From Paraspadella gotoi (taxonomy: Eukaryota > Animalia > Chaetognatha), in contig CM119268.1 in assembly GCA_051294375.1 (NCBI GenBank), positions 1,524,549 to 1,588,548 on the forward strand: a stretch of DNA of 64,000 bases. The letters are read 5' to 3'. The notes under the pieces were generated by a model. It did not search any database. It was given only the letters and a program-made list of their open reading frames with translations, and was not told the DNA's origin. Each line of letters opens with the position of its first letter. Position 1 is the first letter of the stretch. Made by a program: the position numbers and the translations under genes. This document shows positions 13,801 to 26,197 of the stretch, piece by piece.

Positions 13801-16800
13801 GAAAAAGTGGGGGTTCCCCCCCCCCCCCCGCCGCGTTTTTCCCTTTGGCCGAGTTTTTTTGGAAATTTACTTTCCGCCCTCTTACCCCTTTTCCCTCCCG
13901 GCCCTCTGTTGTTGAAGGAAGTAACAAATTTCCCCCCTCCTTTGGGCCCCCATTGGGCCCTTTTCCCCCCCCCCCTCTGGCCAAGAAAAAGGCCCCCCTT
14001 CCAAGAAGGTTTGGGGGGTTCCCGCTTCGGGTTTTTTGGTGGGGGAACCCCTGGGGGGTTCCCCAAATTGGAAAATTGGCCCTGCTGACCATCGGTTCCG
14101 GTTTTGGTGGGCCCCTTTCCCTCAAACTGTCCCCAAGAAACTGGGCAATATTTTTCCCCCGTCCGTCCCCTTTTTGGGGTTCCCCTTGCCCCCCTTTTTT
14201 TCGTTTGGAAATTAACCTTGCATGGCTCGTCGTTTGGCCCCCCCCCCAGGGTCCTTTAAAAGCTTTTGGGGCCCTGTTTTTTTTGGGGGCCCCTTCCGTG
14301 GGGGGTTTCCCCGTCAAAAAAAAAGGAAATTTTTGCGACCACAAAGCAAAAACGAATTTTTTTCTTCATTCTCCATCCCCGGCCTCCTTAATGGTTCCCC
14401 CCCGTTAATCTTTCCTCCCAAGCGGGGTTTTTCAAAAATCCGATTTCCTTTCCAGTCGATCTTTAAGAAAGGAATTGCCCCCGCCGGAAAAACCCATCAA
14501 AAAACGCGCCCCCCCTGGGCCTTTTTTTTCGACACGGGCGGGCCCCCCTAAATGGGGGCTGGGGGGGGTTTTGGGGGTTCAAAGGCCTTTTGGCCAAAGG
14601 GCGTGGGGGGATTTCTGGGGGAAAAAACCGTCCCCATTTCTAACCGTGGGGGCAAAAGGGGGGGGAATTTGGACCCTGGAAAAAAAAAAAGCAAAACCAA
14701 AGACCCCTTTCCCCTTCGTTTTTTCCCTTCCCTAAAAAACTTGTGGTTTCGGGAAAAAAAAAAAAAAAAAAAAAAAAGTCCCCCCCCCCCCGGCGTGGAA
14801 AAAGGTTTCCCTCTCCCTCCCAGAAAAATGGGTCTTTGGGGTGGGAAAACTGAAAGTTGGATTTCCGTTTTGGGGCCCGGTTCTTTGCTTTTTTCCCCGC
14901 TGAAAAAAGCCCCTTAGTTTAATCTGGAAGAAAAGGAAAAAAAAAAAAAAAGGGAAAAGAGGCAAGGAAAAAAAAAGGGGGGGAAAAGAGGGCAAAGGAA
15001 GGGAAAAAAAAAATTCCCCCCTGCCTTTTTCCCGGTTTTTTTTCCCCCTTTTTGTTCCTTTCTTGGTGACCCAAAAAACCAAACGAAACCATCCTTGGGA
15101 AAAAAACAAAAAAGAAAGCAAACTAAAAAAAAAAAAACTAAACGTTTGGGGGGGGTGGAAGAAAAAAAAGGGAAAAAAAGCCATAAAAAAAAGAATTCCC
15201 CCCCCCCGGGTTTTTTCCCGGTTTTTGGGAAAAACCCATATTTTACTTTTGGGTTTTTATTTCTCGTCCTCGTCCTCTCCCTCCCCTTCCCCCCCACTCC
15301 CCGTCCCAGAACCATTATTCGTCAACCCCGGAAAAGTTTGGGGGGGGGGATCCCCACGTTTCCCGGCCCTTTGTTCCCGGGAAAAAAATAAAAAAAAGGC
15401 CCCCCCAAAAAGAACGGGAAAAAAAGCCGAAAAAAAAGAAAGGCGGGGCCAAAAAGCCCGCTTTTGCCCCCTCAAACGCCCTTCCCCGCCCCCTCGAAAA
15501 AAGGGCTAAAATCGGAAATTTGCTTGTAAAATTAAAATTTGAAAAAAAGGGGCCGGGGTTAAAGAAAAAAGAAACGGGGAAGGAGGAAGTTTTCCTTTTA
15601 AAGTCCAAAAAAATATTAGAAACCTATAATTAATAGCCCCTTCCACGGTTTTTTCCATCTTTCCATTTTAATCCCTTTTTTCTTTTAAAGAAAATCTTTT
15701 CCTTTATGATTCCTTTTTTTTTCCCCAATCCCTTTTCTCAAAAAAATTCTTTATCCCCGACCAAAAAAATCGCGAAAACCGGCCCCGTTCCCCCTTCCCC
15801 CTCCCCTCTCCCCGGGCCCCCTTTTTTCCGCCCCCCAAAATCCCCCTTCAACCCCACTGTTGGGCGGGCCCCGCTCCCGGCCGCCCTCCCCCCCTCCCGC
15901 TTGAAAAAAAAAAGAAGGCCCCCCCCCACCCCCCCCGGCCGCCCAAGGGGCTCGGGAAACCTTTCCCCCCCGGGGAAAACTTTTTTTCCCCTTTTTTCCA
16001 TTCAAGGTTTAAACTTTTTAAGTGGTGAGGGAAGGTCCCGTGGCCGGGGGGGGGGGGGGCTTTTTTTTCCCTGGGTTTAAATTAGTTTCCCCCCTTTTTC
16101 TGAAAATTCCCCCCCTTTTAATTTGGGTCAAAAATCCGGCAAAAAACTTTTAAATTTTTTTTAAGTTTTTATAATTTTGCCCCCCCCTTTTTTTGGCAAA
16201 ATTTTTGGGGCCCCATCCTGTTTTTTAAAGAAGGTTTTTGAAATTATAAGTCCCCCCCCTAAAATTAAAAAAACGAAATTATTTAGCTTTCACAAACGGT
16301 CCCTATTTTTAAAATCTAAATTTTGGAATTTTTAATTACGTAAATTAAAAAACGTTTTTTTCGGGCCCCCCCTTTCAAAGGGCCGGAAATCCGGCCCCCG
16401 GAAACCCCCGGGGGGCGGGAATCCTGCCTTGGGAAAAAATTCTTTCCGCCGGCCCATCGAATTGGGACCAAAAACTCCTGGGAAGAAAAAACGAAAAGGG
16501 AAAAGAAAAAAGAGGGAAGGGAAAAGGGCCGGGGAAAAGGAAAATCTCGGGCGGAAGGTGGGGAAAAATTCGGACGAAAGAAAAGGAAAAGAAGGGGAAG
16601 AAATTTGAAGGCCAAAAAAAAATTCCGTAAAGGAACGGTCCCCCCCCCAAATTCCAAGGGGGTTTGGAAAAAGTTCGTAAAGCTTGGGGAAATTTTTTTA
16701 TTTTAATAAAAAAATTTATTTATAATTTAATTAATTTATTTCATTTTTTTTTTATTTTAAATGCTTTTTCCGCAGGGGGGAAAAAATTTCGGAGGGGGAA

Positions 16801-19800
16801 CGGGAAAAAAAAGAAAAAACCCCGGGGCGAAAGAAAGGAGAAAAAAAAAAAGGGGAAAAGGAAACGAGAAAAAGAAGAAAACGAGGAACCCCCGGTTCGC
16901 CCGGGTTGGGGGGGGGGAAAGAAAGGGAAAAAAGGAAGGGAAAAGGTTTGGGTTTGGAAGGGAAAATCCGAGGGGAAAAGAAAAGAAAGAAGGAGCCCCC
17001 GAAAATCGAGAGGCCGGGGGGGGACCCGACATAAAAGAGGAGGGTGGAAAAGTTCCCTTAAACAATTATGGGTGGGGGGGGAAAAGGAAAACCCCCGAAT
17101 TGGGGAAAGAAAAAAGTTTTTTGGGGAGGTCCCCCCCCGAAATTCGCGAAAAAAGAACCCACTTTTAACACTTTAAACCCCAAAAATGGACCTCCCTTTT
17201 CCAGGTTGGTTTTGAAAACGAAGCGGGGGGGGCTTTTCCCGCGGGGGTTGCCACGGGGCTTCCTCTTTGGGGGGCCCCACAAGGAGTTTTTTCCCCTTCC
17301 GGGACGTTCCCCCGACCCGCCGGCCCCCCCGGTTTCCGAAAAAAGACCCTTCCCCGACGGTCCCCGAATGAAAAAAAAGAAAAGGACCGTTTCGGAATGG
17401 GAAAAAAAAAATGCTCTCCCTCGCGAACGAACCGCCCTTTGGGCCCAAGGGGGTTTTTTTTTGGGGGTTTTTTTTTTTAAAAAAAGGAAATAAAATTTTT
17501 AATTGGGTTATGATTTGGGGGTTAAAAAATTTTTTTTAATTGAAATTAATTTAAATTAAATAACCCCTTTGGTAAGAAAAAAAGCGAGGAGGCCCCCCCG
17601 AAGCCGCCCCCCCAGCCCGGCGTTTTACCCCAGACCAGTTTTCCGAACATTTCCCATTCCCAATTCAAAAGAGGCCTGAAAAAAAACAAAAAAGAAAACC
17701 TTTTTTTTTTCAAACGGAAATTTTCCCCTCCAGCTTTGGCCCAAGGGTTTTTTAAAAAAAGGGGCAAGAAAAAAAATTTTTTAAATTTTCCCCCCTTTTG
17801 TTAAACTTTTTTTTATAGAAGCCAAAAATAACCTTTTTCCCCTTTTTTTTTTTCCCTCCAGACTTTTTTGGCCCCCTTGAGTCCCCCCCCCCGGGCAACC
17901 GGGGCAAAAACACGGAAAGGTCACGAACCGAAATTTTTTTTTTTTGAATCCGAACAAAATCAAAGGAGTTTCCAATTGGGCCCTGTCGGGTTCGGTGGTA
18001 AAAAAGGTTCGTTGTTATTTTAAAAAAAAACTGAGTTCACCTAAAAATACTTAAACAAAACATACTTGAAAATTTATCAAAAAAAAAAGAAGGGGTAAAG
18101 ATATTAAACCCGTTTCCCCCCTTCCTTTGGCCAGTAAACGAGAAAACAAGAAAGAATAGCAACGGGGAAAGCGAACCCAAAAGCCCCCAAACTCTCGGGG
18201 CCGGCGGGGTTTGCCCCCCAAGCGGAAAACCTCAAAATGGCCCGGCCCGGTTATTCACCCCCCAAAAACCCACACCGGAAAAAGAACCGTCTTTTACAGC
18301 CCGGGGGGGTTCCGGAACTTTTCTCCAAAAACAGCCTGAAAAAGAACCCAAAAACCTTCCACCCCCGGCCCACACCCGGCAAACCCAAGCCACATTCCCG
18401 AAAGGAATTCCCCGCCCGCCCGCCCTTTGGGGTGATTAATAGTTCCGTCGGTTATTTTTATGGGAAAGTCCCCCAGGTATTCACCCCACCGAAAACAGAA
18501 AATAAAATATTGGGGGTATTTTAAAATTGTTTTTTATTTTTTATTGGTTTTTTTTTTTAATCCCTGGGGTATTTTTTTTCTACATAAGTGGGTTCCCCTT
18601 ATTTTTCCTTTGGGGCCCCCTTTGGGAACAACAAGGCCCCCTCAGAAGGAAGGGCCCGCCCCTTCCGGGAAGCCCCGCAAAGAGAAAAAAAGTTTACCCG
18701 GCGGGCAAATCGGGAAAGCGTGGGGGAAACGCCGGTCCCCGCCCCCCCCCCCCCCGCGGGCGCCCCAAGGGAAAGGGGTCCCCGGGCAAAGGGGGGAATG
18801 AAGCCCCCCCAGCCAGGAGCAAAGGAAAGGGAAAACGTCGACCCAGCAAATTAAGGGTTTTAAAAGTTTGGGGGGGTTTTTTTAGTTTTTAATCCCCCAA
18901 AATTCCCTCCCCTTTTTGAACAATTTTCCCTCTATCCTTGGGCCACTTTTTTTCCCCATAAATCCCCCTTATTTTGAAAAAAAACCCTTATTTTCTTACC
19001 CAGGAATTCCGGCCCCGAAAAGCGGGGAAAAAGGAAAAAAAAAACCCGCGCCAACGCCCTCCTTCCCCTCCAACCCGTTTTGGCCGCCGAAATTGGGGAA
19101 CGCTGTGGGGAAATAACAAAAGTTCCCGTTTCCCACAGTTTTTCCTCGAATTCTTCCGACCTCCCCGTAGGAGCCCTGTCACAGCATAAACACGCGCGAA
19201 AAGAACCAAAATAACGCAATCGCCCATTGTCGGTTTCCCTGGTGTGAGACGGTTAAAGCCACCCTGGCCCCGAAACCACAGGAAAAAAGAAAACCCCCCC
19301 CAGGGGCCGGTTGGAGTTTTAATATGGAAAATTTGAAGAAAAAGGAAAGGTGGAAAAAAGGGTTAAATAACCGAGCTATAACCTTCTGTTAAAATTATTT
19401 GGGTTTTTATTATTTAATATTTCCCTTTTTTTTAAGAGAACCTTGGGCCCGAGGAGAAAAAAGGCCGGGCCCCCCCGCCCGCACGGCAACCGGGGTAAAA
19501 ATATGACGGCATCCCTTCCCGGCGTTTTCCCCCACCCCTCCGTGCGGGCCCCAGTCCGAGGCCCCCCGGGCCCATGGAAAAAAGAAGGAAAAAAAAAAAA
19601 AAACCCCCCGCCAACGCTGTTGCTTTATTTGAAAACAACCCTCTTCCCAACAAAGACCGGAAAGAGCCGGGAGGCAGACACCGCAGATACATTTTTTTCT
19701 CTTTGTTATGGCCTCCCTTCAACAACCGTACACACAGGAGGCGAGGGTTTTTAGGGTGTGTGGTGATTTTTTATTTTTTGTCGTTAATGATATTGATAAC

Positions 19801-22800
19801 GATATCAAAGTTAGTATAAACTAGGTTTTGTATTTTAAATAACGTTTTTAAAATTTTTTTCCCAAATGATAATAAAAATTATTATCTTTTTTCGTTCTTT
19901 ACAATATAAAGAAAGTCTTTACATAATTGGGGTAAAAATTTGAAAGGTGGGTTATTTATAAGATATTCATATATTCCCCCAAAAGAGGTGTTATTGAGGG
20001 AGTAAGTTTTGGAAACGATTGGGCTTTTTTTGGTAACCAAAAAAGTCCGCACCTCCGGCGGCGAAAACGTGTTTTTTTTTACATACATAATTGGCCCAGC
20101 CCGGGGGGTCCTCCACGAGTTTGGGAAAGAGGATGAAAGGGGCGAAGGGGGAGAAAGGAAGAAAAAGAGAAGAAATAAAGAGCCGGGAAAAAAAAAAAAA
20201 AAAGAAAAAAGAGAGAAAAGACAATAAAATAGAGTAACGGAAAAAAAGAACGCAAGGGAAAGATAATAAAAAGAAAAAAGAAAAGCAGAAAACAGGGCAA
20301 AGGAGAGGGAGAAAAAAGAAAGGAAAAAGGTTGAAAAAAGAATTTTGAAGAGAAGGGAAAAAAATGTTAATTTGGCAGTTTTGACATTGGGTTAATCGAA
20401 ATTTTTTCGTGGAAATTTTTTTCCTTCTTTTTGTAAAAAAGGAACCGGAAACGGATTTAACCAGCAATTCCGCCGGGTTTTTTCGGCCGGCCCCCCCCGA
20501 CCCGGCGACTCCTTTCGCCCTCCTATACTCTTGCAGCTTTTCCTTTCCGCAAATTCCCCGGGCCGCCGATCACGAGCTTTTAGACGCGATAAAGTAAAAG
20601 ACCGATCACCCCCACCCCCTTCCCTCGCTCCCCACTCTAATCGGCAATATCCCATTTTTCCCCCCCTCGAAAAACGGCGCGTCACCCCCTTTTTTTTTTT
20701 TTATCTTTATGGCCCCCGCCGGGCGCCCACCGCCTGGCCCCCCGCGTAAAAGAAGGCCCGCTGCTTCGAATCTCTTTTTTTGAATATTCTGTCCGTTTCG
20801 TATCGCCCCCGCGGTTGGCCACGATTCCCTCCCCTCGCCCCCGAATTCACGAGCCCTCCTGAAGAAAAACCCGCCCTTTGTTCACCCCCTTTCTTGTGTA
20901 TGGAAAATTTGTTTCCTTTGTTGGGCTCGATTTCAGCGTTCTTGTTTTTATTTTTAATCTATTTTTTTTCCTTTTTATTTCCACCCTGGTTTCGTTCCAC
21001 CATCATTTCCGGTTCCGACCCTCCGCCTCCCTGATAGAAAAAATCCTTCTTTTCCTCGCAGCATTTTTTGGTCACAATATATTTTTCTTTCTTGTTCCCT
21101 CTGATCAGAAGCCAAAAGATGAGTTTTACAAATAAAAGGTATTTTTTGGGAAAAAAAATTGGTTTTCGAGGTAAAATAAAAAATAAAAACTTTTTTTTTC
21201 CCCTATATTTTTGTTTTATTGTTTAATTCTTTTTGGGAAGGGGTCACGCCTCCTTCCACACATCACTTTGTACACACCACGCTTCCTCCATCCACCCCCT
21301 AACATAAGCTGTTTTTGATTTTTTTTACTTTTTGACACATTTGCTCTTAAAGCGGTCTGGGGAAGAAATCGATAAGATAGTGTACAGAATTTGTGTATTT
21401 ATCTCTCGTCGAAAAATATAGTTCTCACACCTACCCGCCCTTCTCCCCACGGTTCCCCCAAACTTTTTACAGGGGGGGGGTTTTTTTTAAAATAATTTTT
21501 GGAGGGTTTTTTTAAGCCCCGGCCCCCCGCCCCCTGGGCCCAAATTTTTGTTGTTTTTCCTTTTTTTGATTTAAAAGGCCCGATAAACTTTTTTACCTCC
21601 GGAGATATTTTTGTGTATTTTTTCTTGTTCTTTTTTATACTCTATATCGTATTATCCCCTTATTGCGGGGTCCCCCTCTCCCTCCCCTTTTTCAAATTTT
21701 TGAAGCCCTTTCCCCGGGGTTTTTTCATTTTTCTTTTTTCTATACACGTTGGAAAAATTTTTTCCCGCAAAATGTTTTTCAATAGGGGGTTTTGCCAAAT
21801 TGAATTCCCCCCCCCAAAAAAAAAAATGGTTTGTGAAAAAGGAAGGGGAAACCTTCCCCCAATTTTAAAATCGGCCCTCCCTCCCGGCAAAGATCAAAAA
21901 CAAAAAAAAAAAAAGCCCCTTGGTAAAAAATAGAATAATGGTTTTTTTATTACTTTTTTTAAAATGAAAATAGGGTTATTGAATTTCGCCCCTAAAATTT
22001 ATACAAAAAATCTCCTCCCCAATTTTTTCCCCGCGGAGGAAATTTTTCTCCCGGGTTTGGAAGTTAGAAATAAGGGGTTTAAATTTTTTTTTTTTGGGTC
22101 ATTAAAAAATTCGTTTCCTTCCTTTTGTAAGCCGTTTCCAAATCTCCATGGAAAAAAAACAATATTTCCCACCAAAAACCCTTAATAAGTTTTAAATTTT
22201 TATTTCCCCCATATTTCTTTTAAAATTTTTGTTTTTGACTTTCTTTTTAGGGTTCCGTTCTTTGGTTTTTTCCTATGAAATTTTAAACTTTGTTTTTTTG
22301 TTTTAAAAAATTTAAAGAAATTTGGAAATAACCTATTAAAATTGTTTTTTTTTAAAATGTAAATTTTCCGGCCCCGGGGGGTACCTTTTTTTTTTTTTCC
22401 ACCGGGGTTATTAGTTTTAATAGTGGGGAAAAAAAATCTTAAAACAAAGCCCCTAGTTTTACTCTTTGGTTACTTTAATTTTCCCGGGCAAGAAAAACGC
22501 TTTTTCAAACGGGTTTTTTGGGTTGGAAAAGTTTTTTTAAATTGAACCTTTTATAAAAAATAAATTTTTTTTAAAAACTATAATCTTCTTAAAACTAACA
22601 AAACTTCCCCCCCGAAAAAAGGAACAAATTTGGGGTTTTTTTTGAAAAAATCAATTTTTCACTTTTCCCTTGCCCTGTTAAAAGCAAAAATATTTCCAAA
22701 AGGCTTTGCGGGGTTTTAATAGTAAAAAAAATTTTGGTTTACCAAAACCCCCCAATTTTTTTACAAATTTTAAACAAATATAAACGGTAAAGTTTTCAAA

Positions 22801-25759
22801 AAAAAAAATTGGTTTTTTCCCCAAATTTTTGGTTTTCCCCCTTCAAATTTTGGGTTAAAAAGTTTTTATTTTATTGTGACCTCCCCAAAGGCCCCCCTTT
22901 CCCCCCCAAATGAGATCGAATTTTCCCTTTTTTTTCTTTTTGCGAAATCCCCTTTTAATTTCGCTTTGTTTTATTTCCCGGGACAGAAAAATTTCAAAGT
23001 TTTTTTTTCCGTAAACCAAGAAAATTGAAAAAATTAAGGAAAAAGTTTGGGGAAGGACCCGAAACAAGAAAAAAAGAAATAAAGGGAAAAAACTAAGGGT
23101 TTTCTACGGGAAGGTGATGCCCAATAGAAAACCCTTGCCGTCCCCCCCCGCCTTTTTTCGGTTCCGGAAAATTTTGTTAAAAAGAAATTCAATTTAAAAA
23201 TCTCCCCACCGTTTTTGGGCGCTTTCATCCCCCAAACAAAAAAATTGCCGTCAATTTTTTTTCCCCTTTTTCCATCCTTCCCCCCCTTTTTTATTTTTTT
23301 TTTCTCGGTGCAAATTTGAAAAGCCCCTCCAGGTTAGTAATTTTTTTTTTTTCCCCAAATTTAAGTTAAAGTTTTTGGTCCCCTTTAGCCCCCTTTATTT
23401 TAAGGTTTTTGAAGGAAAAATTAAAATTTTTTAAAAAAGGAAAGAGGGGGCCTTGGGGGGTTTTGAAAAAAAAAAACCTAGTTCCAATTTTTTCCCCTTG
23501 CGGGAAAATGGGTTTGGGTTTCCCGAGAATCCCCTTGGAAAGGGGCGGTCCCCCCCTTCCACCACAGCCCCCTCACGGGGGGCCCCCCTCACGGAAAAAC
23601 TGGTAAAAATTCCCCTGAAAAAAAAAAACTCCCCATTTCCCTCAAATCCCAAACATCCTTTGGGCGAGTTTTTTTTTGGTTTCCCCCCCAAACCTTACTT
23701 TCCACCTCCAGGTTGGAGGTTTCTTCCCCGGTTTTATCCGCCCCTGAAAAAATTTTAAATTGTTTCCCCACGGTTTGAGTTTTTAAATGGTTTTTTGGGG
23801 AAATAAATCAATTTGGGTTTTGTTTTTTTAAAAAACTTTAATAAAATTTTAGTTTTTGGGGCGAAATGGGGTTTTTTGGCCGGTTTTTTTAAAAATTTTA
23901 ATTTAATTTTTCCCCCGAAATTGGGTTTTTTTATTGGGGAAAGTAATTTACAAATTTTGTTTAAGCTTTGTTGGTGGGGATTTTTTTAAAATTTCTTTTT
24001 GTAAAAGCGCCCCTAAATTTCCCTTTTGGGGGGGTTTAAATTTTTTATTTATTTTTATTTTGGTCCCCGCTTTTTTACCTTGAAAGGTTTTTTTAATTTC
24101 CCACATTCCGGGGGTTTTCTTTTTTTTCTTCTTTTTTTGGATAATTTTTAGAGAACATCTTTCAAATTACTATTCTTAAAACGGTCCCCCCCCGGGAAAC
24201 TTGTTTTTTTGGGCGCGGGTTTTTTTAATCCTTCACACCGGCCCCTCAACGGTTCTTACCATCCGTTCTTCAAGCCCCAATCCCATTAGCCCCTCAATAA
24301 GAGGGGGGAAAAACGCCCAGTCAACAACCATTCCCTAGCCGGTTTTAAATTTCATTTCCCCACAAAAAGTTTCCCCCCTAAACGACCCCCTTCCCTCCCC
24401 TTTTTGAAGGTTGGGCCCAAAAAGCCGGCTCCGAACCCTTTAACAGGGGAAAAACCGCGGGCGCCAGTTTTGAAAAATATGGATGGGGGGAAATAGGGGG
24501 GCCCTCCCACCCGAAAAAGGGTCCCCCGGAAAAGCCCCCCCCCCCAAAGCCCCAACCATGGGGGAAAAATCCCCCCCCCAAATCCAAAAATTTTTTAAGC
24601 CCCCATCAACAAGGAAAACCCGGCCCCAGTTTTTTTGGGGTGCAAATAATCCTTTTCCTTTGTTTAAATTTTTTTAAAATTATTAAACAGAATTTTTGCC
24701 CCCCCCCGGCAAATAACTTACTCCTCGAGGAAAAAAACCTTCGGAAAAATGGAAAAAAAAACCCAAACGAACTTCCGGGTGTCCCCCTTAAGCCCCCAAA
24801 TTTGGGTTTTTTACGACAAAATCCCCCTTTTTTTTCCCTTTTTGGGTTTTGGGGAGAAGGGTCAACCTTGAATTTGGGAAAGGGTAAACGAAGGAAAGAG
24901 AGAAAAGAAAATAGAATGAAAAAGGAAAGAAAGGAGAAAAAATAACAGAAAAGAGGAGGAAACTTTAACTGGAAAAAAACGAGAAGAGAGAAAAAAAATA
25001 TAAAAAATTAATCGTTGGAATAAAAAGTAAAAATACAGAAAATGAAAGGGAATCGACTGGAAGATCGACCGACTAACGGACCGACTGACAAATCGACAAA
25101 TCGACACGCCGTGATCGATCGGTGCAAAAAAAAGATAAGGAAAAACCGAATGAAAAAAAAACGAAAACTATAATTACAAGATTATAAATCATATTGTGTT
25201 AATCCTTTCGTTTCGTTGCGTTAATATTAGTAGACGAAAAAGTTTTTACTACAACGATTTATTTATTTATTTTTTGTTGTTGTTGTTGTAGTAAAAACTT
25301 TTCGTCTCTTCTATTAAGATTATAAATCAAAAAGGTAAAAAGTCCCTTGATCACTGTTTTTTTACATACAAATTAGGTCAAAGGGGAATGAGAAAAAAAA
25401 AGAGGCAATTATCCCAAAGATATACGCGCACGCATCTACTTTGCATGCAAATCTCATGCAAATCGCATGGAAATCACCGACGCGTAAAGAAGGCGAAACG
25501 AAGTCGACGTTACACAACTTGACGCAACTGGATGTTTCCGCGACCTCATTTTACATCATTGAACATCGCTCGTCTCATTTTCTTCTCGTCTTCGGGATAA
25601 TGGTTATATTTTGTTAGTTAACTACGTTTAATACTTTGTAAAAAAGTTTTAAAAAACTGTTTTGATTTTTTCTTCTTCTTGACGTAGATGTGTCGATTGA
25701 TTCTCGTGAAATAAATACATACGTCTTCATCACAGAACGAAATTTGATTCGCTTCACGA

Positions 25760-25795
<36 letters not shown>

Positions 25796-26165
25796 AAACT
25801 CTTTTTTTCGATGGTTAAGCGTAATGAGTCTCCCAGATGGCGACATGTGCAAGAGTAGGAAAAAAATCCTCGATTTTTCGTAGTCTCTCTCGTTCTTTTT
25901 TGCTCTATTTCTCTCGCTCTCTCTCTCTTCTTCTTTCTCTCTTTTTTTCGCTCTCTCTCGTCTCTCTCTCTCTCTCTCTGTATGTCTCTCTCTCGTTAGT
26001 TTAAAGTCAATAATGTTTTTATTAAAAATTTAAAACGAGCACGTTTTTCCACGGCGGCCTCATGGTTATAGTTAATAACGAGATTTTAATTCGTTAAATT
26101 CACAGGGGGCCCTGTTTTCCTTCAGTTCCATGGCACGAAAGTCTCTCTCTCTCTCTCTTTTTTCA

Positions 26166-26197
<32 letters not shown>

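Noticed and set aside
9284-24945. Dozens of long overlapping ORFs (up to 456 aa) rich in F, P, G and K
   Set aside because: Homopolymer runs suppress stop codons in all six frames; there are no domains, and the residues simply reflect TTT, CCC, GGG and AAA.
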